A DNA stretch of 64,000 nt. It comes from Octopus vulgaris (Eukaryota). Within the stretch, counting starts at the first letter, position 1. The number at the start of each line of letters is the position of its first letter. Positions 1-11,392 of the stretch are shown here, in pieces. Below the pieces are notes generated by a model. That model made no database searches, was not told the origin of the DNA, and saw nothing but the letters and a program-made list of their open reading frames with translations. The stretch lies in the NCBI GenBank assembly GCA_951406725.2, contig OX597814.1:202554001-202618000 (forward strand), in the 5' to 3' direction. A program made the position numbers and the translations under genes.

Positions 1-124
1 AAGAAATTCTACTACTGAACCATGGCATTGAAGCTATTTGGAAACCAAAGTCTTCTGTTTTATTATAAATGTCAGTACATATCTCATTATTATCCTTAAT
101 TACCAATATATTATTCGAACGTGA

Positions 125-336
125 TCGATGTCAGGCTTGCCTGATTGGCTCCTGTGTCGGTGGCACGTAAAAAGCACCCTCTACACTCGCAGAGTGGTTG
201 GCGTTAGGAAGGGCATCCAGCTGTAGAAACTCTGCCAGATCAGATTGGAGCCTGGTGCAGCCATATAGTTCGCCAGACTTCAGGCAAACCATCCAACCCA
301 TGCCAGCATGGAAAACAGACGTTAAACAATGATGAT
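125..336 (+). mobile_element. SINE-like retroposon, family C ((GAT)n-tailed)
   Basis: Contains ggcgttaggaagggcatccagctgtagaaactctgccagatcagattggagcctggtgcagcc...aacccatgccagcatggaaa...gttaaac-gatgat, which recurs more than ten times in the window on both strands. Confidence 0.8.
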
Positions 337-389
337 ATGTGTGTGTGTTTACATTTGTACTTCACCAAAAAACACTGAGCTGCAAACAT

Positions 390-641
390 TTTTCAAATCA
401 TTCACAATGCATTGCCAGGTCTGGGGCTGTTGTAGAAAACACTTGCTCAAGGTGCCATGCAATAAAATTGAACCTAAAACCATATAGTTGGGAAGCAAGC
501 TTCTCAACCACATAGCCATACCTGTGCATCTTAATAATATTTATTACTATTTCACAGGTACATATGTTTCATTTCTGATCTTTCTCTCTCCAGCTGGGTA
601 ACTCTGTACTTCCTCTACACCAAGACACCTGTATCTGTCTC
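390..641. repeat. Local direct duplication, copy 1 (SINE family A fragment plus flanking DNA)
   Basis: Near-identical to 3398-3649 (offset 3008), including non-SINE flank. Confidence 0.9.
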
Positions 642-1650
642 TCTCTCTAAATATATATATAACAAATCAGCTAACTTTGCCTTTGAAGACATATGAAATA
701 AGAGATTTGAAAACAAGCTGCTCTTTCTAGCTGAACAAGTGATTGTTTAAAGGCTCTTCTTGTTACTTATCAGAGCAATTGTTACTTCATGCCATTAGAC
801 TGCTCTCCTTAATTAGCTGAGATAGTAGTTGCTACTGTAACTTCATAGTCCGATAATTAACTGCAGTGGGGAAAGCATCCAGCATTAAAGCATGTCTACT
901 AGTCCTGCTAATAGGAAAAGAAATGGATAGAAAATAATTTAACAAAATTTACTTCAAACACAACCAAATTAAATTTTAAAAAAAGGACAGAAAAATAACT
1001 GTAAAATTAATTTAGGTTTATTGCAAAACTTTGATATTAATGAGCTGAACATAGATTACAGGAAAAAAATATTTTTGTTTCGTCATTTATTTTTTATTCA
1101 TTATGGTTTGAAATAATCAATAATATCTCTGGTACATTATTAATCTGAGGCTGATAATGTTGACCTTCGTAACAAGAATCTTTCGACTGATGCTGTAGGT
1201 AATCCTAAATATTGTCAATCTAAAACCAGAGACAGTATTCCGACTTCTTGCTTCTTTGTATTTAGTAAGAATCTAGTAGAAATCTTATAAAGTATGTATG
1301 ACCAACAGATGTTAAGTGAAACAAGGCTAATGCTGTATTATAGTTAATAATGCATTTTCTTTTTGATTTCATGGCGGCTCTCGCTCAGTAATTTCTCCTA
1401 TGCTAAGCAATAGTCATATTGAACGACTTAGTAAATGAACAATTAAATGTGTCCATGCCAATTGCAGTTATAAATAATGTAAGCATTATCTTAAAGCCGC
1501 TTGCAGCCTGCGTTACTCAAACATACATAATCAGTGGACAAATAAAATGAATACGCTGTACTGTAAGGGATAAAAGAGAGACGGTTGCTTTAGCTAATGT
1601 GGAAACAGCCTGTCTAAATGAATTATCCTTTTTAAAGTGAAAACCGTAAA

Positions 1651-2410
1651 TACAAGGTGTTTGAGCTAAATTTAACAATTTTTTTTTTCTGCCACCTTTT
1701 TACAGGAACAGCTTACTGTATAAATGAGTTGGTGTTGGAGAGCGTAAAGATTAAAGTTGCAGTTGGGAAAATGTCAGCTGACGTGAGGGACTGGAAGCCA
1801 GCTGAAAATTCTTTCCTAATCTAGGCACAAGGCCTGAAATTTTGGGGGAAGGGGCCAGTTGATTACATCAACCCCAGTATGCAACTGGTATTTAATTTAT
1901 CAATCTCAAAAGGATGAAAGGCAAAGTTGATCTTGGTGGAATTTGAACTCAGAATGTAAAGACAAAATACTGCTAAGTATTTCACCTGGAGTGCAAACAT
2001 TTCTGCCAGCTGGCTGCCTTGGAAACCAGATGAATATTGGAAAAGAGCCACCTGAATCATGATGATTTGCAGTGGATATCAAAATGCTGACATCATGACT
2101 GTTGCTGAATGCTCTGTGAATACTGTAAAGGTTGTAAGATATGGCATAGACAGCTGCAACAGAGACTACGAAGCTGTGACCAGCAGGAAGAGACACAGTA
2201 GATGTTCTTTCTGTGTCTGCACATTGGAATTCATTCAGCAAGTTCAGGACAAAGTGATAGAAGATCTGAGCAAGGAAATCCAAGCTTTGGTGCGAGGTGG
2301 GTATTGGAATTGCCACTATGAATCTGGCCTTGAATGATGACCTTCGCTACCACTTGCACACAAGGTACAGGGGACAAATTCTGACAGCCAAAGCCAAGGA
2401 GAACAGTTGT
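1651..2410 (+). mobile_element. Decayed Tc1/mariner-superfamily (maT/DD37D-like) transposon, 5' part
   Basis: TA-CAAGGTGTTTG terminus at 1651. ATG at 1771, then frameshifted HTH-region peptide ...CSVNTVKVVR...RKRHSRCSFCVCTLEFIQQVQDKVIEDLSKEIQALV / ...ATMNLALNDDLRYH...GQILTAKAKE. Interrupted by a SINE. Confidence 0.65.
1811..2020 (-). mobile_element. tRNA-derived SINE, family B, nested in the transposase remnant
   Basis: Family B body (ctggcagaa...gagttcaaattcc...ctttgcctttcatcctt...aagtaccag). Flanked by a diverged direct repeat: tggaagccagctgaaaatt (1792-1810) and tggaaaccagatgaatatt (2020-2038). Confidence 0.85.
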
Positions 2411-3019
2411 AATTTGAAAAAATACTTTGTCTTTGATAAATTCCACTGGTACAAGTAACTAAGTACCTAATGTGTTATAAAATAGATAATTCATATTTTA
2501 CTAATTAGATTTTAGCTGTTCGTTTGGTAGGTTTTAGTTTAACAGAAAGAAAAGAAGGAAAATCACATATTATATAGATTTGAAGGTGCTTTGGGCATTA
2601 TTTTCTAAGTAATTTCAATTTCTAAATGACTTCATGATATAATTGCAATACTTAATTACTTATTTATGATGGTCTATAACAGGTTTTATTATTTTTTTTT
2701 CCATTAAACAGAAATTTTTAAATGTTTTCTGCATGAAGTTATTTCATTTAATGGAAACACTAAAATTTGTTATAGTTACGTGGGCGGATGTTGGTCACAT
2801 TTAATTCTAACTACATTTCTCATAACTATTCAACAATCATCGTTTTAATGTCTACTTTTCCATACTTGCAAGAGTCAGACGAGAGAACATTGAAGTAGAG
2901 CTTTTCTACAGCCAGATGCCCTTCTTATCACCAAAAACCTTCATTCCTAAGTGAGATTGTAATCTCCCAGCCTGGATATGTTTTTATGTGGGGAACTGGA
3001 AACAAACAACACAGTTTAA

Positions 3020-3221
3020 CCCTTTAGCGTTCAGATTATTTTATCAAACATAATGATTATTGATTCACATGCATTATCTCATATCTTCAAGATCTTGATG
3101 GTGTAATTACCTAATGTAGAATAACATTGTAGGGTAGGTGTGAGAGCCTGGATCTGCTCAGTTTGAACACAAAACAGATTAACTATTTTGGCCGGATATG
3201 GCTGGTTTAAATACTAAAGGG
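3020..3221. mobile_element. piggyBac-type MITE (TTAA-flanked)
   Basis: TTAA|CCCTTTAG ... CTAAAGGG|TTAA termini; second copy at 30976-31178. Confidence 0.8.
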
Positions 3222-3397
3222 TTAAGGAGTCTTTTGTTAACAAGGCTCAAGCAGCATGTCAAGATTGGGTAGCATTTCAGGGTGGATTGCAAGCCAATAA
3301 CACTGGCAGGGTGCTATTGTTTAAAAACCAGCAAACACAAGGAAACCCATGCACCCACCCACACACACACACACGATGAGCTTCTTTCAGTTTCCAC

Positions 3398-3649
3398 TTT
3401 TCAAATCATTCACAATGCATTGCCAGGTCTGGGGCTGTTGTAGAAAACACTTGCTCAAGGTGCCATGCAATAAAATTGAACCTAAAACCATATAGTTGGG
3501 AAGCAAGTTTCTCAACCACATAGCCATACCTGTGCATCTTAATAATATTTATTACTATTTCATAGTCACATATGTTTCATTCCTGATCTTTCTCTCTCCA
3601 GCTGGGTAACTATGTACTTCCTCTACAGCAAGACACCTGTATCTGTCTC
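3398..3649. repeat. Local direct duplication, copy 2
   Basis: Near-identical to 390-641. Confidence 0.9.
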
Positions 3650-3689
3650 ACTGTAACCTTCTCATCATCACCTTGTCCAATGCCTCCTG

Positions 3690-3985
3690 CCCTCTTAAAA
3701 GCACCCAGTCCACACTGTAAAGTGGTTGGTGTTCAGAAAGGCATCCAGCTGTAAAAACCTTGCCAAAACTGAACTTGCCTGTGCTTGTGCCATGTAAAAA
3801 GCACTAAGTCCACTCTGCTGAGTGCTTGGTGTTAGGCAGGGCATCCAGCTGCAAAAACCTTACCAAAACTGACCTTGCCTGCCAAAACAGTTGCAGAAGT
3901 ATGGTGCAGGCTTCTGCCTGGCCAGCTCTTGTGGTACCATCCTGCCCACGCTAGCATGGAACACGGATGTTAAATGATGATGATG
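3690..3985 (+). mobile_element. SINE-like retroposon, family C, with internal tandem duplication
   Basis: The aagcac...ggcatccagctg...aaaacctt-ccaaaactga unit occurs twice, then the gcatggaa...gttaaatgatgatg tail. Confidence 0.7.
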
Positions 3986-4493
3986 TTATTTACTCTATAT
4001 TCTAGGGAATTTTTGCAAAGTCTTACAATTTTTTTTTTTTAATGGCAGGACTCTCTTTAATGTTAACACATTATACTTACCTTTTGAGTTTTATAAACTT
4101 CAAACTTGTTTGTTTTTTCTAATCTGGTATCTACATGAAATACTTTATAGTTAAACTGAATTTGCTGCATTAGAAATGCAATTTAATCCTCTTCACAGAA
4201 TTTCTTTCATCTTAAATTATTTCATTATATACTTCAGCAATTATATTTTAATTTTCATTTCCAATTCTTTAATTATTTAATTTCAGCACAAAGAAACATC
4301 TGAAATTATCATTATAATAATAATAATAATAATAATTATTATTATTATTATTATCTTTATACTTTTATGTAAATATTTGTCTTTTTAGATGACAAAATTA
4401 TCAATTCTTCTTTTTGAAACGCACACACTCCCAAGCCTTATATTTATTTTAATTTAATTCTTATACAAATAAATGATTATAACCAGTGAATTC

Positions 4494-4984
4494 TCTCTCT
4501 CGCCCCCCCCCTCCTCTCTCTCGCCTTCTCTCTCTCTCGCCTTCTCTCCCTCTCGCCTTCTCTCTCTCTCTCTCGCCCTCTCTCTCTCTCTCGCCCTCTC
4601 TCTCTCTCTCTCGCCTTCTCTCTCTCTCGCCTTCTCTCTCTCTCGCCTTCTCTCTCTCTCGCCTTCTCTCTCTCTCGCCTTCTCTCTCTCTCTCGCCTTC
4701 TCTCTCTCACCCTCTCTCTCTCTCGCCCTCTCTCTCTCTCTCGCCTTATCTCTCTCTCTCTCTCGCCTTATCTCTCTCTCTCTCTCGCCTTATCTCTCTC
4801 TCTCTCTCTCTCGCCTTCTCTCTCTCTCTCTCTCTCTCTCTCGCCTTCTCTCTCTCTCTCACCTCTCTCTCTCGCCTTCTCTCTCTCTCGCCCTCTCTCT
4901 CGCCCTCTCTCTCTCTCTCTCTTGCCTTCTCTCTCTCGCCTTCTCTCTCTCTCTCCTTCTCTCTCTCTTGCCCTCTCTCTCTCT
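4494..4984. repeat. Compound (CT)n microsatellite / polypyrimidine tract
   Basis: About 490 bp of (CT)n punctuated by cgcctt/cgccct; explains the SL- and RE-rich ORFs. Confidence 0.97.
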
Positions 4985-5680
4985 GAAAGTCTATATTGCC
5001 TATTTTACAGCGGTTGATACATAATTTCAAGGAACTTTCAATGGCATTTTGGTTTGTTCATTCTACTTCAGAGAAATATCAGTTTTGGCACTGTGACTAA
5101 TCAAAACTACAAATGATCATACATCACTACTTTCACCCACTCGCTCTATCAAATACATCAATCACAAAAAAGTAAAATGAAAAAAAAAAAATTGTAGAAA
5201 CTGTTGGTTTTGTTTCATTTTCTGGTTTGCTTGATTGCTTGTTTGAATCTCCATTCTGGTATCTCAGAAACTATTGAAGCTAGGAATTTGATTTTTTTTT
5301 TTTTTTTTTTTAATCAATGATTGCTAAGCAAAATATAAAGCTGCACTTTTTTTCTTTGTTTTTAAAAAAAAATTTGCCTTTTTTCATCAAGTTATTTTGA
5401 AGTTCATGGCCCGGCTCTCTTCAACCTGACATTTGCTGTGTGTGGGCTATAGATTATGTAAGAGATATTATCATTTAAGAAGTTTGCTTTGTAACTGTAT
5501 TGTTTATAGAGTTTGTTGCTCCTCTGAGGCACTGTGGATAGTTGTCTTTGATTATGGTTTTAAGCTGACCATTATCTTGTGAGTAGAACTGTCATGTGGA
5601 GACTGAAAGAAGCCCTGTGTGTATGTGTGTGTGTCTTTCCAATATCTTAGTGTTGTTTATGTGCTGAATATAAACAAGGT

Positions 5681-5900
5681 CTGTTATGTCTGGGGAGAGT
5701 CATTTTCTTTTTGTGCCTTATTTTTGTGTAACACACTCACGGTAAAATTTCCATGTTTTTCTTATTTTTATTGTCCTAAAAATAGGTGAGTGTGTTACAT
5801 AATAAGGCACAAAAAGAAAATGACTCTCCCCAGACACAATAGAATATGCTTCAATACACAAACTCATATAAAGAATCTTGCAAACCAAATCCAAAAGCGA
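5681..5900. mobile_element. Retroelement insertion with an inverted partial copy (Penelope-like or twin-primed architecture)
   Basis: 5681-5740 is the near reverse complement of 5786-5842. Exact 14-bp flanking direct repeat aatataaacaaggt at 5667-5680 and 5901-5914. Same family as 47191-47386. Confidence 0.8.
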
Positions 5901-6566
5901 AATATAAACAAGGTTACCATCGATGTAAGCTGTGCGGTTGTTTACAATCTACCAGGGAAACATATCTGGCTATTGAGTTGTTCATTGTTTGAAAGACTAG
6001 GGGAAATGTAACCTTACTTGGAAGAAAATGAGGGTTAATGACAGGAAGAACATCCCTATCTGTTTCATCTGATCCATGCAAGCATGAGAAAATGGATGTT
6101 AAAAGGATGGCGATAATGATAATGATAGCAACATAAATATGAAAATGCAACAAAAATATGAAAATTCCCACATAGATAGATAGAAACACAATTTCTTTTA
6201 CATTTTGGTTGCTTTAACCCTTTTCTTTCTTTATTTCTTTTGTTTCAATTAATTTTGAAAGTGGTGAAGAATTTAGTGAGATTAATTTGTCATTATTAAA
6301 CCAGTGTTTAGAAAATAAATTAACATTAATCTTTGATGAAATTTACATCAATTTAAAGCAGGAAGTTTTGCTTCTTAGAACCAGGAGTAGTCAATAATAA
6401 TTACAAATGTATTTGAATACAGACCACATATAAATCTTTCCTTGGACTGTGGCCATACTGGGGCACATTTCCTTTGGTTTTATTTACTAATTCTTTGGTT
6501 ATTATTGAGCTGAATATTTCTCCTAACAACTAATTTTCAATTTTTGCTGTTTTACTTTCTTTGTGT

Positions 6567-6895
6567 AAAGGTGCATGGCTCAGTGGTTAGAGTGTCGAGC
6601 TTACGATTGTGAGGTTGTGAGTTTGATTCCTGGACCAGGCTGTGTGTTGTGTTCTTGAGCAAGACACTTTATTTCACGTTGCTCCAGTTAACTCAGCTGT
6701 AGAAATGAGTTGCAACATCACTGGAGCCAAGCTATATCGGTCTTTGCCTTTCTCTTGGACAACATCAATGGTGTGAAGAAGGGAGGCTGGTATGCATGGG
6801 CGACTGCTGGCCTTCCACAAACAATCTTACCTGGACTTGTGCCTGAGAGGTAACTTTCTAGGTGCAATCCCATGGTCATTCTTGACCAAAGGATG
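6567..6895 (+). mobile_element. tRNA-derived SINE, family D
   Basis: tRNA-like head with A box (tggctcagtgg) and decayed B box (gagtttgattcc), followed by ttcttgagcaagacactt central domain. Confidence 0.7.
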
Positions 6896-7159
6896 TCTCC
6901 TCCTCCTACTTTCCTAACATCAATAATGATTTTTGGAAAGCAATAGTGTGCCAGGCCACCTGGATTTGTTTCTATGACCACTCAGAGAAGTAAAATTGAA
7001 ACTGGTCTTAGACTTAACGACATTTTTATCCAATGGAAAATTTAATAAATTGGCTTTTGCATGGTAAACAGCAAGAGTCAAAATAATATCATACATAATC
7101 ATTTCTTGATATGTTCAAATCTGTTACAACATATAAAGAACAAATATGCATCTTTTATT

Positions 7160-7541
7160 TGTTACTTTTTTGGTCATTAGACTGCAGTCATGGAGGGGTA
7201 CTACCTTAAAGACTCTTTAGTTGAATGAATCACCCCCAGAACTCTTTTTTTTTTTTTATCTGGTATATATTCATTTAGTTTCTTTTGCTGAATTACTAAT
7301 TTCAGGGACATAAACACACCAACATTGGTTCTCAAGTAGTGGTGGGGCACGAGCATAGATACAAAAGTACACACACACATGATGGTGTTCTTTTAGTTTC
7401 CATCTACCGAATCCACTCACAAGGCTGTGGTCAATCCAAAGCTGTAGTAGAAGACACTTGCTCAAGATGCCATGCAGCGGGACTGAACCCAGAACCATGT
7501 GATTGGTAAGCAAACTTTTTACCGCACGGCCATGCCTGCAC
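7160..7541 (-). mobile_element. tRNA-derived SINE, family A (diverged)
   Basis: Reverse complement of the family A consensus seen at 17071, 29745 and 52448. Confidence 0.75.
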
Positions 7542-7789
7542 CTATGTATGTCATATTTTCATTCTCGCACACATGATGGTTTATTATTGGTTGGCAGAAA
7601 TCGGTAAATAATTTGCTTGGTGAATTCTATAAATAAGAACCAAATCTCTTATTGAATTCACTGGTCTGCGGTAGCTGTAACTGAAGGGACAAACAACAAG
7701 GTTGAATTATCAGGGTCTTAAAGGCCCTTTACTCCCCAGTGAACTGTGTTACAAACACACTTTCTTCTGAAAGGAGAAATTGTCCTCTA

Positions 7790-8012
7790 ATAAATATTGG
7801 TTTCAAATTTTGGCACAAGGCTAGAAATTCCAAGGGATTGGGTAAGTCAATTACATTGACCCCAGTACTTCACTGGTATTTATTTTATCAACCCCAAAAG
7901 GACAAAAAACAAAGACAACCTTGGCAAAATTTGAACTCAGAATGTAAAGATGGATAAATTGCCTACAAGCATTTTGCCCCACATTCTAAGGATTCTGCCA
8001 GCTTGTCACCTT
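7790..8012 (-). mobile_element. SINE family B
   Basis: Same body as 1811-2020 and 20732-20944. Confidence 0.75.
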
Positions 8013-8534
8013 AATTTCTTCTCCAACTAGCATATTCCTATTGCAGTATGTTGCAACATATTAAGAATGATTATGTCATTGGGAATTTTAATGATATAGC
8101 ACTATTGCTGTATTCCTAGCAACTCTGATATGTGTTAAGAGGAGGTAGTTTAGGACATTGGACAGATTACATACATTACCAGTGACTCATTGGAGATTCA
8201 GACATTCCTAACTGTGAGAGGCTGCTGTTTTATCCACTTAATCTTTACAAATCCCTGTGTAAATACAAAAGGACTTTCTGAAGATCCATGCTGGCATCTA
8301 AAATTTGTTGTAGTTTAAGAAATGGAAAGTTTATACTTTGTGTACTAAAGACTTCACCTCTTTTAGTGAAGTAAATATTGATTTATGTCGATGAAGAATC
8401 ATGGAAGAGTGATTGAGAATTTGCTTTGCAGTTTTGTGAATTTGGGTTCAGTCTCACTGCTTGACATCCTCGGCAAGTGCCTTCTACTATAGCCCTGAGT
8501 CAACCAAATCTTTGTGAGTGCTTTTGATATGTGA

Positions 8535-8850
8535 CACTGTTGGTTATGACAATGAGGGTTCCAGTTGATCCGATCGAAGGAACAGCCTGCTTGTGAAATT
8601 AATGTGCAAGTGGCTGAGCACTCCATGGACACGTGCACCCTTAATGTAGTTCTTGGGGAGATTCAGCATGACACAGAGTGTAACAAGGCTGGCCCTTTGA
8701 AATACAGGTACAACAGAAACAGGAAGGAAGAGTGAGAGAAAGCTGTGGTGAAAGAGTACAGCAGTGTTCGCCATCACTCCCTGCCAGAACCACGTGGAGC
8801 TTTAGGTGTTTTCACTCAATAAACGTGCACAATGCCCGGTCTGGAAGTCG
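8535..8850 (-). mobile_element. SINE-like retroposon, family E (5'-truncated)
   Basis: GC-richer island; minus strand starts in a B-box-like remnant (cgacttccagaccgggc). Resembles a repeat I recall from octopus; single copy in this window. Confidence 0.5.
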
Positions 8851-9234
8851 CCACTGAAGAATCTTGTTTGATTAGTCATATTGAAATTGTGTATCTTTGT
8901 TTTTGTCTTTTTTTAACAAAGCTTTCATCTTTTACTTGTTTCTGTCATTGGATTGTGGTCATGCTGGAGCACTGTTTTCAAGAATTTAGTTAAACAAAAC
9001 AACACTTATTCTTTAGTCTGGTACCTTTTTCATTGATCTCTTTTGCCAAACTGCTAGAATATAGGAATGTAAAGAAACCTACTCTGATAGTAAAGTACTT
9101 CTCGGGGACAAGTAAAAACACACACATATGAGGAGGCTTCGACACAGTTTCCATTTATCAGATTCACTCACAAGTCACTGGTCGACCCAAGACTACTGCA
9201 GAAAACACTATGTACTTGCAAAGTAAACTTAAAA

Positions 9235-9783
9235 GGTACCACTCGAGCATGATCGTTACCAGCGTCGCCTTACTGGCACTCGAGCCTCGTGCTAGTAGGG
9301 TATTAAGAGCACCATCCGAGCGTGATCGTTGCCAGAGCGGCTATCTGGCCTCCGTGCCGGTGGCACGTAAAAGACACCATTCGAGCGTGATCGTTACCAG
9401 CATTGCCTTACTGGCACCTGTGCCGGTGGCATGTGTAAAAAGATTCGAGCAAGGTCGTTGCCAGTACTGCCCGACTGGCCCCGTGCCGGTGGCACGTAAA
9501 AGCACCCACTACACTCTCAGAGTGGTTGGCATTAGGAAGGGCATCCAGCTGTAGAAACTCTGCCAGATCAGATTGTGCCTGGTGCAGCCTCTGACTCACC
9601 AGTCTTCAGTCAAACCGTCCAACCCATGCCAGCATGGAAAGCAGATGTTAAACGATGATGATGATTAGAAATGACAACAGCTTCAATATTGAAGCCTGGT
9701 GCAACCATCTGGTTCGCCAGTCCTCAGTCAAATCGTCCAACCCATGCCAGCATGGAAGGCGGACGTTAAACGATGATGATGAA
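9235..9783 (+). mobile_element. Family C retroposon, long young copy with internal tandem repeats and duplicated tail
   Basis: CpG-rich repeats of gagcgtgatcgttaccagc and gtgccggtggcacgtaaaa, family C core, (GAT)n tail at about 9655, second tail copy 9690-9783. Confidence 0.85.
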
Positions 9784-11134
9784 GACAGCCATGTCTTCAC
9801 CTATTATGTTGTTTTTTTCTTTCCTTTTTCCTGTTATGATGGAAAAGAGTGGACACGGACTGAAAATTCTGAGACCGTAATCAATAATTATGTCCGCTTT
9901 GTCTTCTTTTGCACATCAGATTCCCTCCATAGATAATTAATGAAAACACAAACTTGACTGACAAGGAGTTGACATTATATTCTATTCTTCAAAGATGCTC
10001 CATAGCATTTATTGCTATAATAATTTCTCAAATTTAATTTTCTTTTTGAAGGAAGAGTGTGTGATGTTGTGTATGTGTGGGTGCATGCCTGTGTGTGTGT
10101 TTGTGAGAGAGAGAGAGAGAAAGAAAGAAAGACAGACAGAGTGATTGTGTGTGTTCAAAGACATTAATGATTTAAATATGAAAAAAATTTAAAATTCACT
10201 CCACATTCCTTTCAACAATGGCACAGCTATGAAATTGTGTATTTTTAGAGACTTTTCACCATTAAATCTAGTCTAAGGGCTGTGTACAGTTAAATGAGGT
10301 GCTTTAGCAGAACGACAGAGGGTAAAAGAATAACAAAGAATAATTGGCAAGAGTTCCTTTAAAATTGAAAATAGAATGGACTTGTTACAAAGAATTCTTC
10401 CTGTTTCTTCTTCCATCACAGTTTAAAGCTAGAGAAAAGGTTTGAAAATATTTATTAAAGAAAGGTTTGGCAATAAAGATGTTTCTTTTTTTTTTCTGGA
10501 TGATACCAGAGATGTGTATGTGTATGTGTGTGTTTATATGTATTATCTTCATTTTAACGCCTGTTTTTTTTTTATGCTTGCATGGATGGGATGGGTCTTT
10601 TGCAGCAGAGTTGTACTTCTAAACTTCATGGTTTCAAGTTCAGTTCCACTGCATGGCACCTTGGCCAAGTGTTTTCTATTACGGCCTTGTGAGTGGATCT
10701 GGGAGACAGAAACTGAAAGAAGCCCATATACATCACTGTTTTGCATGATGAGGTTTTTGCTTAAGTGAATATCTCTTCCATGGATTATAGTTTTATTGAA
10801 CTAGGCACAAATTATGTATGGGTATGTTATATACGTGCATATATATATATATACCAAACTATATTTAAAGAAGACTTCAACAAAATATCTCCAGACATAT
10901 CTTGACCCTCAGACAGAAGATAAACTGTTTTTACTTCAAACTTTTATGAATTTTTACTGATATTTGATAAGATGAGATACATTGAAACTGGTAATATTTT
11001 TTTTAAATAATTTTTTATTAAATTCCCTCTGAAACTGAAATGTCTTAGCCTTCTGTGCTATTTCCACCTCCATCTTTTATATATAAAAATTTGATTTGTA
11101 TAGATCTCTAATCTTTTTTCAGCTATTTTTCAAT

Positions 11135-11335
11135 ATGTGACCTTGTGAGTACCGCTGGCGATTTTTTTTTTTTCTCCCCTCTGTCTTCCCTTCTCAGGAT
11201 CTTTCCGTCTCCTATGTTTCCGACGAAGAGCTCCGCTTGAAACGTTAACCCTTCTTTCCCTGAGCGTCCAATAATACTTTATTTGTTCCACGTCCTCGCG
11301 TTGTTGTGTTTTTTTGTGTTTTCTTGTTTGGATTA

Positions 11336-11340
<5 letters not shown>
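11135..11340 (+). mobile_element. Short hammerhead-bearing repeat (Penelope pseudo-LTR-like) ending at a (TA)n tract
   Basis: CpG-containing island with a hammerhead-like motif at 11216-11249; 3' end abuts (TA)n. Confidence 0.6.
11216..11249 (+). ncRNA. Minimal type I hammerhead ribozyme, variant core
   Basis: GUUU-CCGACGA-A-GAGC ucc GCUU-GAAA-CG-UU-AAC: U4C variant of CUGANGA, 4-bp stem II, palindromic AACGUU in place of stem III. Confidence 0.6.

Positions 11341-11388
<48 letters not shown>
11340..11388. repeat. (TA)n microsatellite
   Basis: About 24 TA units between two hammerhead-bearing elements. Confidence 0.97.

Positions 11389-11389
<1 letters not shown>

Positions 11390-11392
<3 letters not shown>

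Noticed and set aside
4473-5030. Long ORFs rich in SL or RE
   Set aside because: Translations of the (CT)n microsatellite.
6567-6640. tRNA-like sequence
   Set aside because: No intact cloverleaf or acceptor stem; continues into a SINE body.
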